Notes: generated from the letters alone by a model not told the origin. A stretch of 64,000 bases of DNA from an uncultured Actinomycetes bacterium (GCA_963722795.1 CAVROD010000004.1:774771-838770); one strand, 5' to 3'; counted from the stretch's first letter, positions 51,699 through 61,264 are shown. Numbers and translations: made by a program.

Positions 51699-52478
51699 AT
51701 GCGCGAGATCGATGTGCTTGTCGCACATTCGGAGCGCGTGACGCTGCGCGTCGGCGATGTGTTCCTGAAGGTCGACACGGATCAAGCGCGCATCGACCGA
51801 GAGGTCGAGGTGATGGCGAGGGCACCGATCCCCACCCCCGAGGTCCTTTGGCGCAAGCCGCCGGTGCTCGCCCTCGCGGCAGTTCCTGGAGCGGCGCTCG
51901 GCGTGCTCAAAGAGCCTTCGCGTGCGTCTTCGGCGGCATGGGTTGCGGCGGGTGCCGCCGTCCGCACGCTGCACGACGCTCCGCTGCCACCGTGGCCGAG
52001 CAGGCAGTGCCAGCAGCAACCCGCTCTCAGCAGTCAGGGCACGGTCGAGTTTCCGCCACTGCTCGACTCGGAGTGTGCGTGGCTCGTCGCCAACGATGTC
52101 GTGTCCGCCGACGTTGTCAGGCGCAATCGTGAGGTCGCGGAGGCGGCGCTGCGGCCGTGGACACCGGTGTTCATCCACGGCGACCTGCAGATCGTCCACG
52201 TCTTCGTCGACGGTGACGAGGTGAGCGGCGTCGTCGACTGGTCCGAGGGCGGCCAGGGCGATGCGATGTACGACCTCGCCACGCTGACTCTCGCGCACGA
52301 GGAGCGGCTCGACGATGTCATCGTGGGCTACGGCGGCGACGTCGAGGTCGACGTGGTTCGCGCGTACTGGTCGTTGCGAAGTCTGATGGTGATTCGCTGG
52401 CTAGCCGAGCACGGCTACGGTGCTCCGGCGACCTTCCCAGAGGTCGCCGTGCTCAACTCTTTGTCAGCCAGTTCTTAG
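51699..52478 (+). CDS. APH-family phosphotransferase
   Basis: VFLK, P.PEVL, LH, HGDL, G.VDW, DLA. Confidence 0.88.
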   Translation: MREIDVLVAHSERVTLRVGDVFLKVDTDQARIDREVEVMARAPIPTPEVLWRKPPVLALAAVPGAALGVLKEPSRASSAAWVAAGAAVRTLHDAPLPPWPSRQCQQQPALSSQGTVEFPPLLDSECAWLVANDVVSADVVRRNREVAEAALRPWTPVFIHGDLQIVHVFVDGDEVSGVVDWSEGGQGDAMYDLATLTLAHEERLDDVIVGYGGDVEVDVVRAYWSLRSLMVIRWLAEHGYGAPATFPEVAVLNSLSASS

Positions 52479-52502
52479 AGAAGCGCCGTTCTTCCGAGAC
52501 TG

Positions 52503-52574
52503 CAGCCGACCACCCGCCTGCCGATACCGGCCTCGCGGGGCCTCATCCTGGGCGGAAGGCGGGATGAGGATTCC
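52503..52574 (+). repeat. Cassette-boundary repeat R1
   Basis: cagccgaccacccgcctgccgataccggcctcgcggggcctcatcctgggcggaaggcgggatgaggattcc. Confidence 0.85.
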
Positions 52575-52611
52575 GGCCTCGTGGCAGGGTGAACTCACCT
52601 CAGGCGGTGGC

Positions 52612-52637
52612 GTAACGAATCAGGTTGCTCCATCGTT
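52612..52637 (+). promoter_or_regulatory. ECF-type promoter GTAAC-N17-CGTT
   Basis: 9 nt upstream of the sigma ATG. Confidence 0.55.
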
Positions 52638-52646
52638 CATGGTCCG

Positions 52647-53180
52647 ATGCTGACCGACGACCCAACGACGCACTCAGACGTGTCGAGGCTCACTCCCGAC
52701 GATGGATCCTGGTCGTTCGAGGACCTGTTCCATGCCGAGAAAGACCGCCTCTATCAAGCGATGGTCATGCTGACTGGCAACCGCCAGGAGGCAGAAGACC
52801 TGATGCAGGATGCTTTCGTTCGCGTCTTCGAGCGGTGGGATCGTGTGAGTAGCGTCGAGGACCCCATCGGCTACCTCTACCGCACGGCGATGAACGGATT
52901 CCGAAGCCACTATCGGCGTTCGGCTCTTGCGCTTCGCAGGGCGATCCCGCCTCGCGATCGTCGGGATGACATCGCCAGATCAGACCAGCATCTCGACCTG
53001 ACGCGCCGGTTGGCTCAGTTGACCAAGAAGCAGCGCACCGCGTTGGTCCTCACCGACTTCTTGGAACTGTCCTCCGAGGAAGCCGCTGAGGCGATGGGCC
53101 TCAGTCCCGGTGCGGTGCGAACCCAAGCGTCACGAGCCAGGACCCAGTTGAGGAAGGACGTAGGTGATGAGGATGCCTGA
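52647..53180 (+). CDS. ECF sigma factor (SigE-like)
   Basis: AEDL.QDAF...W, YLYR.A.N, L...QR.A.VL...S.EE.AE.MG...G.VR..ASRAR. Confidence 0.93.
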   Translation: MLTDDPTTHSDVSRLTPDDGSWSFEDLFHAEKDRLYQAMVMLTGNRQEAEDLMQDAFVRVFERWDRVSSVEDPIGYLYRTAMNGFRSHYRRSALALRRAIPPRDRRDDIARSDQHLDLTRRLAQLTKKQRTALVLTDFLELSSEEAAEAMGLSPGAVRTQASRARTQLRKDVGDEDA

Positions 53181-54353
53181 CGCGAAGAGTGAACTCCGAT
53201 CCCTCGCTGACAGTGTCGGCCGCTCTAACGTGCGATACGAAGACGTTCTGAAGTCCTCGGCACGTCGCGGCGGCGTTCGCCGACTCTCGGCGGGCACCGT
53301 CGCCCTCATCGTCGTGCTCCTCTCGGGTTCCTTCCTCGCCCGAGCGTTCGACGACAGCCAACGTCAGCCGAGCGCACGCTCTGTGAGTGGCGTGAACGGG
53401 GCGATCTCGTTCACGGTGGCCAAGAACGAGCGAGTGGCTGAGGAAGAGACCATCGGCATCGTCCAAGGACCAGGATCCCCGATCGTACTCGTCACCGGGT
53501 ACCCCGATCCCGACACCGGCGGATGGTCGCCCGATGGTCGATGGATCGCGTTCACCCGACCGGCAGGTAACTCGCCGGAGAACTTCGACATCTGGCTCGC
53601 CGCCGCCGACGGCTCGCATGAACGACAGCTGACGAGTGGCCCAGCCGCTGACTTCGCGGCGCAGTTCTCGCCCCAGGGCGACCAGGTCATGTTCGAGCGG
53701 ACCGCAGCTGGCCGCTCACCGGCACTGATGCTGATCGGATGTCGGACGGCGGAGGGCTTCGCCGGATCGCCGGAGCCGACGACGAGGTGATCTTCGATGC
53801 GTCCTGGTCCCCGGACGGCAGCCGGATCCTGATGATCGGACACCCAGGCGAGGAAGGTGAGATGAACTGGTTGGCGGTCATGGATGCTGACGGCACCGAT
53901 CGCCGCGTCGTCTACACGGGTGCGTTCAACGAGCCTTCATGGTCACCGGACGGGAACCACATCGTCATCAGCGCCAGCGGCCGTCTGCTCGTCGTGCCCG
54001 TCGACGGAGGCGGATCCGTCGAGGTGCTCGATGGGATCGACCGCCAAGGCTTGGCGGAGGTGGCTTGGTCACCGGACGGGGCAAACATCCTCTACACACG
54101 CCCTATCAACTCGATCCAGGGTGAGGAGTTGTGGGTCGTGCCGGTTAAAGGGGGGTCGCCGCAGAGGGTGGCCGAGGGACTGCAATGGCGAGACGCCTCA
54201 CCGGCGTGGGCACCCGACGGGACCGCGATCGCGTTCGTCCGGGACGGAGACATCTGGACGGTGGACCTCTCGACGAACCAGCAGAGCCGGATCACGTCCT
54301 CGACTGAGTACGAGAGCAATCCGGCGTGGGCCGTGTCCCACGAGGGCGCGTGA
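53173..54353 (+). CDS. Putative anti-sigma factor with TolB-like propeller (frameshift near 53740)
   Basis: Overlaps sigma stop; RR-TM; WSPDG/FSPQG/WAPDG blades. Confidence 0.8.
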
Positions 54354-54448
54354 TGGTGGCTACCGAGGTAGGACGAGGTGCAAGTCGGGTAGATAGGTTC
54401 GTAGCCATCTATAGCCAGGACCTTGTCTCGCCCCTGACGACCTGCTGG

Positions 54449-54530
54449 CAGCGGCTCACAGCCGATCACCCAGCCGACACCGGCCATTGCGGGGACCCCC
54501 ATTCGGGGCGCAGGCGGTCATGAGGACTCC
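54449..54530 (+). repeat. Cassette-boundary repeat R2
   Basis: cagcggctcacagccgatcacccagccgacaccggccattgcggggacccccattcggggcgcaggcggtcatgaggactcc. Confidence 0.85.
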
Positions 54531-54538
54531 TATTCTCT

Positions 54539-54564
54539 GGAACCTATCGGCACTTCGGGACGTA
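54539..54564 (+). promoter_or_regulatory. ECF-type promoter GGAAC-N17-CGTA
   Basis: Just after R2, before the lipoprotein gene. Confidence 0.55.
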
Positions 54565-54575
54565 GTGGTTCGTGG

Positions 54576-55304
54576 GTGAACATGATCCGGCGCTTGATCT
54601 TGATCTCGGCGATGACCGTACTGACGGCGTCATGCGCCAGCGGGGAGTCGTCCCACGCCCAAGGCGGAGCCGGGCCCGCCGCAGCGGCGCCGAGTAGGGT
54701 GACGGAGTCGGCAGCGTCGGTTGCTCAGGTGGTGTGCAGCAAGGCGTCGATCACCCTCCACACCCCAATCGTTCAGGCGCAGCGGGACGGAGTGCATGTT
54801 CAGATCGAGAACCTCGGCGGAGTCTGGGGGTTCGAGTTCCGCGACGTGGCGAATCAGGACATCGTTTGGAACGGCGGTCCGATCGGGCGTGGAACCACAC
54901 GGCTGACGGATTCAACCGGACCGGGAGAAGTGCTCCTCGCCTGCCTGCGGACCACACGTGATGATCACGACGACGATCCTGCCCTGACCGCCAAGCTGAC
55001 CATCGTCGACCCCCAGGACCTCTATGTTCCCTTCGATCTCTCGTGCGGGTTCGGCGAGCAGTTCCGCATGACGATCTGGGCCGGTGACCAGAGTCCCGAA
55101 GAGGTGTTCAGGCGTGTGCCGGGGGTCCGACCGTCGGACGAGTTGATACCTCCGAAGTACCCAGAATCCCCGCAGTACTCGTCCACCGACAGGATGGTCA
55201 TCCGCGACGGATCTGTGGTTGCACGCTTCCTGTTTGGCGGGATCGGACCGGAATGGACGCTGCTGGTCAACGCTTGTCCTGACAGCGGCATCGTCCCCGA
55301 CTAA
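54576..55304 (+). CDS. Hypothetical lipoprotein
   Basis: LTASC lipobox-like signal; four further Cys. Confidence 0.75.
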   Translation: MNMIRRLILISAMTVLTASCASGESSHAQGGAGPAAAAPSRVTESAASVAQVVCSKASITLHTPIVQAQRDGVHVQIENLGGVWGFEFRDVANQDIVWNGGPIGRGTTRLTDSTGPGEVLLACLRTTRDDHDDDPALTAKLTIVDPQDLYVPFDLSCGFGEQFRMTIWAGDQSPEEVFRRVPGVRPSDELIPPKYPESPQYSSTDRMVIRDGSVVARFLFGGIGPEWTLLVNACPDSGIVPD

Positions 55305-55333
55305 CCCGAACTGTCCCGATGCGATCCGCCTTT

Positions 55334-55380
55334 GCGGCTCACAGGCGAACACGCGACGCAGCCGACTATCGGGGGACGCC
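55334..55380 (+). repeat. Cassette-boundary repeat R3 (degenerate, partial)
   Basis: gcggctcacaggcgaacacgcgacgcagccgactatcgggggacgcc. Confidence 0.65.
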
Positions 55381-55409
55381 GTCCCGGACGGTTTCGCCGG
55401 TTCGTGCTG

Positions 55410-56414
55410 TCAGCCTTGCTCCCGAGCCGGATCGGGAAACGGCACATGGTCCGCGTCGAGACTCGGCACGAGGTTCTCGATGACATCACCGGTCTCGGTC
55501 GAGACGATCCGGTCATGGGCCACGATCTGAGTCTGCCGCCCCGGCCACCCCGGCCAGACCAGAGCCAGCGGGGCGAGTGTGGTCGGGTCGGCGTAGATCC
55601 ATTCGTCGGCTGACCCCCAGCCCTCGATGTCGTACACGAGGTGCAGGGCGATCGCTGGTCGGCCAGCGGGATCAACACTTGTGCGGTCGACATCGACGGC
55701 CTGGAGGCCCGAGGCAGCCTCAACGGCAGCCGCTCGCACTGCCGGTGAGCCTGGCCCAACGGGCAGAATCTCGTAGAACAGCAGGTGCCACATACCCGCA
55801 TCCGTCTCGGAGAGCTCCTCCAACGCCACGCCAGCATCGATCGCCGGTGTGTCTGCTGGGTTTCCATTGCCTTCCCGCAACCACTGCATCAGCTCGAATG
55901 CGGTCACAGGAGCGTCACCGAAGTCATTCTGCACACTGGTCGTCAACGAATCGTCTCCACCACCGGTCCCAGGGCCACCGGGGAGTTGCCAGCCAGTCTC
56001 GACGTCATTCGCAGCCTCATAGGCTGCCCGGTCCGCAGGATCGAAGAAGAAGAGTCGGCCTTCCGTCAGCGACGTCCCCTTCCCCTTCCGGTCCCACACG
56101 TAGTTGTGCTTCAGCTCGGTCACGGACCTTCCCGAGTCGTTGAGGTTGTAGATCCGCACCTCGCGTTCGTAATGCTGTCCGGGACTGGCCAAGAGAGTGG
56201 TGCCGGCAGCAGGGCGAACTGTTTCGCCGCCATCAGGACGAATCGCGAGCACTCCGGCGATGAGAGCGACCGTAAGCGTCACACCGAGAGTCCCGGCGGT
56301 GAATCGCTCCCTCCTGGCGCGCCGGTCTTGCGCCCTACGAAGGACCGTCGTTGTGATGTCGCTTTCAGGCAGATCCTGAGCTGCCCGTCGCAGGGCGTTC
56401 GTCACGTTACTCAT
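55410..56414 (-). CDS. Putative anti-sigma factor (CU044_5270-like extracytoplasmic domain)
   Basis: Overlaps sigma stop; RRARRER-TM; P.VRAA...D..GRP.IA...DP.T...L. Confidence 0.75.
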   Translation of the reverse strand: MSNVTNALRRAAQDLPESDITTTVLRRAQDRRARRERFTAGTLGVTLTVALIAGVLAIRPDGGETVRPAAGTTLLASPGQHYEREVRIYNLNDSGRSVTELKHNYVWDRKGKGTSLTEGRLFFFDPADRAAYEAANDVETGWQLPGGPGTGGGDDSLTTSVQNDFGDAPVTAFELMQWLREGNGNPADTPAIDAGVALEELSETDAGMWHLLFYEILPVGPGSPAVRAAAVEAASGLQAVDVDRTSVDPAGRPAIALHLVYDIEGWGSADEWIYADPTTLAPLALVWPGWPGRQTQIVAHDRIVSTETGDVIENLVPSLDADHVPFPDPAREQG

Positions 56415-56931
56415 CTCGGTTACTCATCCCTTCGCGGAGGTGTGCTCGGCCACGTGAGGCGAGCTCACGCGCCGTCGATGCCCGAATGCCCAGGAGTTCG
56501 CCAGCTTCCTCAGAGCTGTAGTCCAGGACGTCGATAAGCACGACGGCTGCTCGCTGCCTGGCTGGCAGGCTCCGGACTAGCTGAATCACGATGTGCCGAC
56601 CCTCGACCTGGGCGATCTCATCCGGTGTCATCGCGACACTGAACATTCGTCGGCGGAGCGCCACCGTAGCTCTACGGCGACGGCTCAGGAAGGCATTGAA
56701 CGCCACACGGTGCAGATACGCCGTTGGTGCATCCATGCGAGAAACGCGTGTCCATCTCTCCCATACGCGGAGGAAGGCATCCTGTGTGATCTCCTCCGCC
56801 TCCGAGGCGTCCCGCGTCGCAAGCACCAGCACTTTGAACAGCCGATCTCGTTCGCGGATGAAGAACTCTTCGAAGTCGCCGCCACTGATCTGAATCGCTT
56901 CTTCCGTCTCCAGCACGTTGTCCATCATCAC
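56407..56931 (-). CDS. ECF sigma factor
   Basis: AEEITQDAFLRVWERW, YL.R.AFN, LP.RQRAAVVL, S.EEA..LLGI. Confidence 0.93.
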   Translation of the reverse strand: MMMDNVLETEEAIQISGGDFEEFFIRERDRLFKVLVLATRDASEAEEITQDAFLRVWERWTRVSRMDAPTAYLHRVAFNAFLSRRRRATVALRRRMFSVAMTPDEIAQVEGRHIVIQLVRSLPARQRAAVVLIDVLDYSSEEAGELLGIRASTARELASRGRAHLREGMSNRDE

Positions 56932-57191
56932 CCGTCTCAACGCGTTGCTGGCTCCCGACGCCTACGGGTCGGCGAGATTCCTTGCAGCTCGGTGCCCCGA
57001 CGTGATCATCGGCACCGGCCGCACCTCGGAGGAAGCTGGACTGCCATCGGCACGGACAGTGGGCAGCCGAGGATGGTGCGGGCCATAGGGTGAAGGCGAG
57101 GGCGTTGAGGCCGCAACCAGGATGCGCAGCGTGGTCCACCAGGAAGCAGCGGGACGGTTGTTTGAAGCAATGTCCTTGGGACGGAACTGGC

Positions 57192-57275
57192 CAGCAGCGG
57201 CTCACAGGCGACCGCCCGCAGCCGACACCGGCCTCGCGTGGACCATCGGGACGAAGGGCGGCATGGAGACCTGAT
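57192..57275 (+). repeat. Cassette-boundary repeat R4
   Basis: cagcagcggctcacaggcgaccgcccgcagccgacaccggcctcgcgtggaccatcgggacgaagggcggcatggagacctgat. Confidence 0.85.
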
Positions 57276-57303
57276 CCACGCCACTGATCGTGACGGTGAG
57301 AGA

Positions 57304-58345
57304 TCAAAGATCGACGGCACCCCCTAGAGGCTTCCTCCTCAGCTCTTGCTCCGGATGCATCGAACGCCACGATCTCCCCTCCCGGAGAAATCTCGGTTCC
57401 CTCCGCTGTGATCTGTCCCCTGAACGCGGCAACGAAGAGACTCGTCCCTTCCAGCAACGATCGAGGCACCGGGTGCAGTCTGCCCGTGATCGTGGAGCCG
57501 TCGGTCATCCGCATCTCCACCCGATCGACCGCGGGAGACACGGGCTGTACCACCAGCAACGCGTCTTTCCCGAACCCCGCGATCATGGTTTGTCCCAAGA
57601 CCTGATCTCCAGGCGGTTTCACCACTAGCCCCGCGACCGCGTCCGATCCTCGGACACGAATCACCTGGCCGTAGGGTTCGTCGATCCCGTAGATCCACCA
57701 TGGGCCTGCGACCGGGTCTTCGCCGCGGGCGAAGATCTTGCCCACGGGGAAGACACCTTCGATCTTCGGTTGCGCTCGCTGCCCGCGGTCCTTCCACATC
57801 AGCGAGAACTCGGTCAAGGGGCTGTCCGCTTCGTCCAGGAAGGTGATCATGCCTGGTCCGCTGCCACCGAGCGGCACCGCGTAGAGCGGATAGCCGACGC
57901 GCATCCGCGGAGGGGCTGGGAGGACAGCGCCGACGAACGGCTCCGCTGCCCCCTCCGCGAGGACCTCGACGCTGGCGGTGCCTGGAGGCGCTGCACCGAA
58001 CGCCATCTCTCGGGATCGGATCTGCGTGAGATGGATGTCTGGGAGCGGCGTGGAAGCATCGACGCAAAGGCGTGGTTCGGGGAGACCGACTCGACGGATG
58101 CGCTGGCATCGCGTCGTGCCGTCGTCCGACCCGAGCAGCTCCCAGACTCCGCTGAAGGTGTCGATGTCTCCGGCCAGATACTCCTGGCCCGTGGGTGACA
58201 CAAGCGACGGGGTGACCGCAACATCGGACGACGGCCTCGCGCCACTGGGCTTCGGGGCGGACGGACTCCCGGTGCACGCGATCAACGCGCTCGCGAGGGC
58301 GAGCCAGACGGCTCCGGATCTCAGTCGACCCGACAACTTCGCCAT
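57304..58345 (-). CDS. Hypothetical lipoprotein with two similar beta-domains (3' end inferred across a frameshift)
   Basis: LIAC lipobox; G..PP...SVEV and V...V.RVE....DG domains; C-terminal IVAFDASG. Confidence 0.65.
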
Positions 58346-58424
58346 CTGAGTAGGACCATCGCGACGCTCGAATGGTTCCCTCGTCCTTCGGTGTTCCGCC
58401 ACCGCGGACTCCAACCCGCCATCC

Positions 58425-58504
58425 GCGGCTCACAGGCGACCGCTCGCAGCCGACACCGGCCTCACGGGGACGCCAAGCCGGGCGAAGGCCGGAAGGAGAG
58501 CCTG
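58425..58504 (+). repeat. Cassette-boundary repeat R5
   Basis: gcggctcacaggcgaccgctcgcagccgacaccggcctcacggggacgccaagccgggcgaaggccggaaggagagcctg. Confidence 0.85.
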
Positions 58505-58513
58505 CTTCGACGG

Positions 58514-59112
58514 CTAGAGACCCTCTCCACTGATGCTCTCGACGATCTCTGTCCAGTCGTGTCCAGGATGGACCGTCCTCAACGCAGCCGAGAGCCACCG
58601 AAGTTGGCCCGCGTCGAGGGTCGGCAACACGTTCGCGAAGTCAGCCTCGTCGTGTTCTCGCCGGTTCTTCGCCTTGAATAGCAGCACTATCTCCGGGACC
58701 AGGATGGGGAACCCATCTGATGACGCGGAGCCGATATTGGCCAGAGGGCGACGGATCGTGTAGTCGCGGCGGAACATCCACTCGGTGCCGACGGACTCGT
58801 TCATCAGCAACTCGAAGACCCAGGAGCCTCCGCGTCTCGTCGGCACCAGAGCGCGTGCAGAGGTGGAGCGAGCGGCTCGTCGCGAGGCAGCGGTGAGAGC
58901 GTGCCCTCCTCCGCGATGTGTAGGTCCCAGCCTTCGAGACGGTGACGCACGAGCCACTGATCCATACGCAGGATGGCGATGTCCAGGTCGAGGTGTTCTC
59001 TCGTCTCCTTCCCCAGCCACAGATCGAGCGCCCAGCCGCCAGCGACCCACCAAGAAGCGGGCACTCCGCGCATGAGACGAGCAAAGTCGTCGGGGCGATA
59101 GGTCGATTCCAT
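58514..59112 (-). CDS. Nucleotidyltransferase, ANT(2'')/Lnu-like fold (frameshift near 58820)
   Basis: WWVAGGWALDL.LG..TREH.DLDI; PEIVLLFKAK..R..DE.DF...LP.L. Confidence 0.8.
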
Positions 59113-59157
59113 CGCGCACCTTCCGGGCGAGGAATGCGAGTCTAGGCTGCTGGCCGC

Positions 59158-59243
59158 CAACAGCGGCTCCCAGGCGACCACCCGCAGCCGACACCGGCCT
59201 CGGGGGACCCGTAGAGGGGAATGGCGGCATGAGGACTCTGATC
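59158..59243 (+). repeat. Cassette-boundary repeat R6
   Basis: caacagcggctcccaggcgaccacccgcagccgacaccggcctcgggggacccgtagaggggaatggcggcatgaggactctgatc. Confidence 0.85.
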
Positions 59244-59314
59244 GCCGTTTCCCGCTTCGGCGCGACTTTGGCCTTCACCTAAGCGAACGGCCTCCCGTCG
59301 GCGTTCATGCGGCG

Positions 59315-59872
59315 ATGGATACCTTCCCACCCGTGTCCACAGCGCCTGCTGGGACGACAGAAGCTAGGGAGGACGTGCTGAGGCCAAGCATGGACCCACC
59401 TGCCGATTTCGAGACCTTCTACCACGAGCACCATCAGCGACTGCTCCGAGGGTGCTACGTCCTCACCGGCAACGTCCACGAGGCTGAGGAACTCACCCAG
59501 GACGCCTTCCTCAGCGTCTGGCAGCGGTGGGACCGGGTCGCGTCGATGGATGAGCCGCTCGGGTACTTGTTCACGACGGCCCTCAACAGGCATCGAAGCG
59601 CCCTGCGCCGAGTAGCGCGGCAAGCTCGACGAGCGATCGGCATGGGCACTGGCGGAGACTCGTTCGCAGCGGCTGATGAGAGCGACGCCGTCGCTCGGGC
59701 CTTGGCGACGCTGCCGTTGCGCCAGCGGCAGGCGATTGTGCTGACGGACCTCCTCGGGTACGACTCGGCCTCGGCTGGGCGCATCCTCGGTATCAAGGAC
59801 ACCACGGTCAGGGCGCTGTCATCCCAAGCGCGAGCGTCACTTCGGATGCGACTGGAGCTGAACCATGACTGA
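59315..59872 (+). CDS. ECF sigma factor
   Basis: FETFY, AEELTQDAF..VW.RW, YLF..ALN, LP.RQR.AIVL, LGI...TVR. Confidence 0.93.
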   Translation: MDTFPPVSTAPAGTTEAREDVLRPSMDPPADFETFYHEHHQRLLRGCYVLTGNVHEAEELTQDAFLSVWQRWDRVASMDEPLGYLFTTALNRHRSALRRVARQARRAIGMGTGGDSFAAADESDAVARALATLPLRQRQAIVLTDLLGYDSASAGRILGIKDTTVRALSSQARASLRMRLELNHD

Positions 59873-60455
59873 CATGGACGTGAAGGACCGGCTCAACCGG
59901 ATCGCGGATCGGGTAGCGGACAGGAAGCCCTCGCTCGCAGAGCTGGACCGTGCTCGCACCCGCCGAACAGCGCGTCGGCGGATCGGAGCGGGGGTGGTCG
60001 GACTCACCATCGGGGCTGTTGGCCTCCTAGGCATCGCGGTCTGGTCAGCATCCGACTCACGTACGCAGTTGGCCGTTGGTGGAGGTCTGACGCCATCCCC
60101 ATCTCCGACCATGAGCTGCCCGGATGCTCGCTCCACGCCACTCGTGCTCAGGGGTCTCGCGTTCGAGGTCGATTGCCTCTCCGCGCCAGCCGGAGAGACC
60201 TTCGACCTCCACTTCGAGAACCGCGATCAGGGCATCCCGCACAACCTATCCCTCGCGGCTGTCCGGGACTGCGAGGTCACCGATGGAGGGTCGAACGTTA
60301 GGTGTCCCCCAGAATCGGTCATCGTCCAAAGCGAGGTGGAGACTGGTGATCTCGTCGCGGTCATAGAGATACCCCCGTTGCGACCCGGCGACTACTACTT
60401 CTACTGCGACGTTCATTCATATGCGCCCGAGTTCGGGCGCCTCACGGTGACTTGA
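59865..60455 (+). CDS. Putative anti-sigma factor with C-terminal cupredoxin domain
   Basis: Overlaps sigma stop; RRR-TM; F.N.D...PHN...PG.YYFYCDVH. Confidence 0.8.
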   Translation: MTDMDVKDRLNRIADRVADRKPSLAELDRARTRRTARRRIGAGVVGLTIGAVGLLGIAVWSASDSRTQLAVGGGLTPSPSPTMSCPDARSTPLVLRGLAFEVDCLSAPAGETFDLHFENRDQGIPHNLSLAAVRDCEVTDGGSNVRCPPESVIVQSEVETGDLVAVIEIPPLRPGDYYFYCDVHSYAPEFGRLTVT

Positions 60456-60459
60456 ATCA

Positions 60460-60525
60460 ACCACCCGCCGCCGACACCGGCCTCGCGGGACGCCATCTGG
60501 GGCGCAAGGGCGGATGAGGACTCCG
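60460..60525 (+). repeat. Cassette-boundary repeat R7
   Basis: accacccgccgccgacaccggcctcgcgggacgccatctggggcgcaagggcggatgaggactccg. Confidence 0.85.
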
Positions 60526-60743
60526 TCTTGCAGAGACGATCGGACAGCCAAGCAGGAACCTTCCACGGCTAGTAGGCAGCCGAGGGCGGCAAGGGGGCGT
60601 CGGGGCGTTCAGGGCGCTGAGGCGAGCCTGCAGGAGGCGGCCCGTGCCGGTCGGTCAACGTCGTCGTGCAGTGGTGACCGGCTCAGCGATAGCCCATAGC
60701 GAGACACGCTCAACTCGGACCGGGGGAGGGCGATGATGACGGC

Positions 60744-61025
60744 ATGCTTCGGAGAGTTGGGTGGAGTCTGGTCGGTCTGCTTCTCGGTGGGGTCGCAGGC
60801 TTGATCGTTGCGCTTCCCATCCTGGTGGTGACGGATTGGCTGGGCATCACCAACCATGTCGAGGATGAGCCGCTGCACGGCTGGATCGTGTTCGTCGCCA
60901 TCCTCGACGGCTTGATCCTGGTGGGCGCGTGCGTTGGGGCCGTCACGGGGTGGCGGCGAAGCATCTTGGTGAAACGTGCTAGGCGACCGCTCCCCGTTAC
61001 GAACGCCGATTCCACGGATTCGTAG
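60744..61025 (+). CDS. Small two-TM membrane protein
   Basis: Two hydrophobic helices with basic flanks. Confidence 0.55.
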   Translation: MLRRVGWSLVGLLLGGVAGLIVALPILVVTDWLGITNHVEDEPLHGWIVFVAILDGLILVGACVGAVTGWRRSILVKRARRPLPVTNADSTDS

Positions 61026-61216
61026 GTCAACATCTCAATGGTGCCTTCCGCCTACGACGGTGAAGGCAAGGTGGGGCACCGAATGGGGGTCACGGGTTGC
61101 CGAAGCCGGATCTTGCGTAACACTTCGCGTAACAACGCACCGACACCCCGAGGTACGCAGCGGTACTCAGCGACACAGCGTTTCCGCAGCTCAAAGCCCT
61201 GACCAGCACGTCTTTC

Positions 61217-61264
61217 TCGCCCTTACAAGGCGAAGGTCGGGGGTTCGAGACCCTCAGCGCCCAC
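61217..61264 (+). repeat. Duplicated 3' part of tRNA-Val (attR-like)
   Basis: tcgcccttacaaggcgaaggtcgggggttcgagaccctcagcgcccac; lacks 5' acceptor strand and D-arm. Confidence 0.92.

Larger units (their letters stand above)
50764..61264. mobile_element. tRNA-Val-anchored genomic island bounded by a 48-bp direct repeat; no integrase seen
   Basis: 50764-50811 identical to 61217-61264; visibly less GC3-biased accessory content. Confidence 0.7.

Noticed and set aside
56945-57190. Possible gene remnant between the sigma start and R4
   Set aside because: No recognisable motif in any frame
57090-57287. Short ORFs reading through the repeat (QQRLTGDRPQPTPASRG; also 54326-54523 and 60514-60699)
   Set aside because: Frame is not preserved between copies because of indels; conservation is at nucleotide level
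61217-61264. Second functional tRNA-Val
   Set aside because: Lacks the 5' acceptor strand and D-arm
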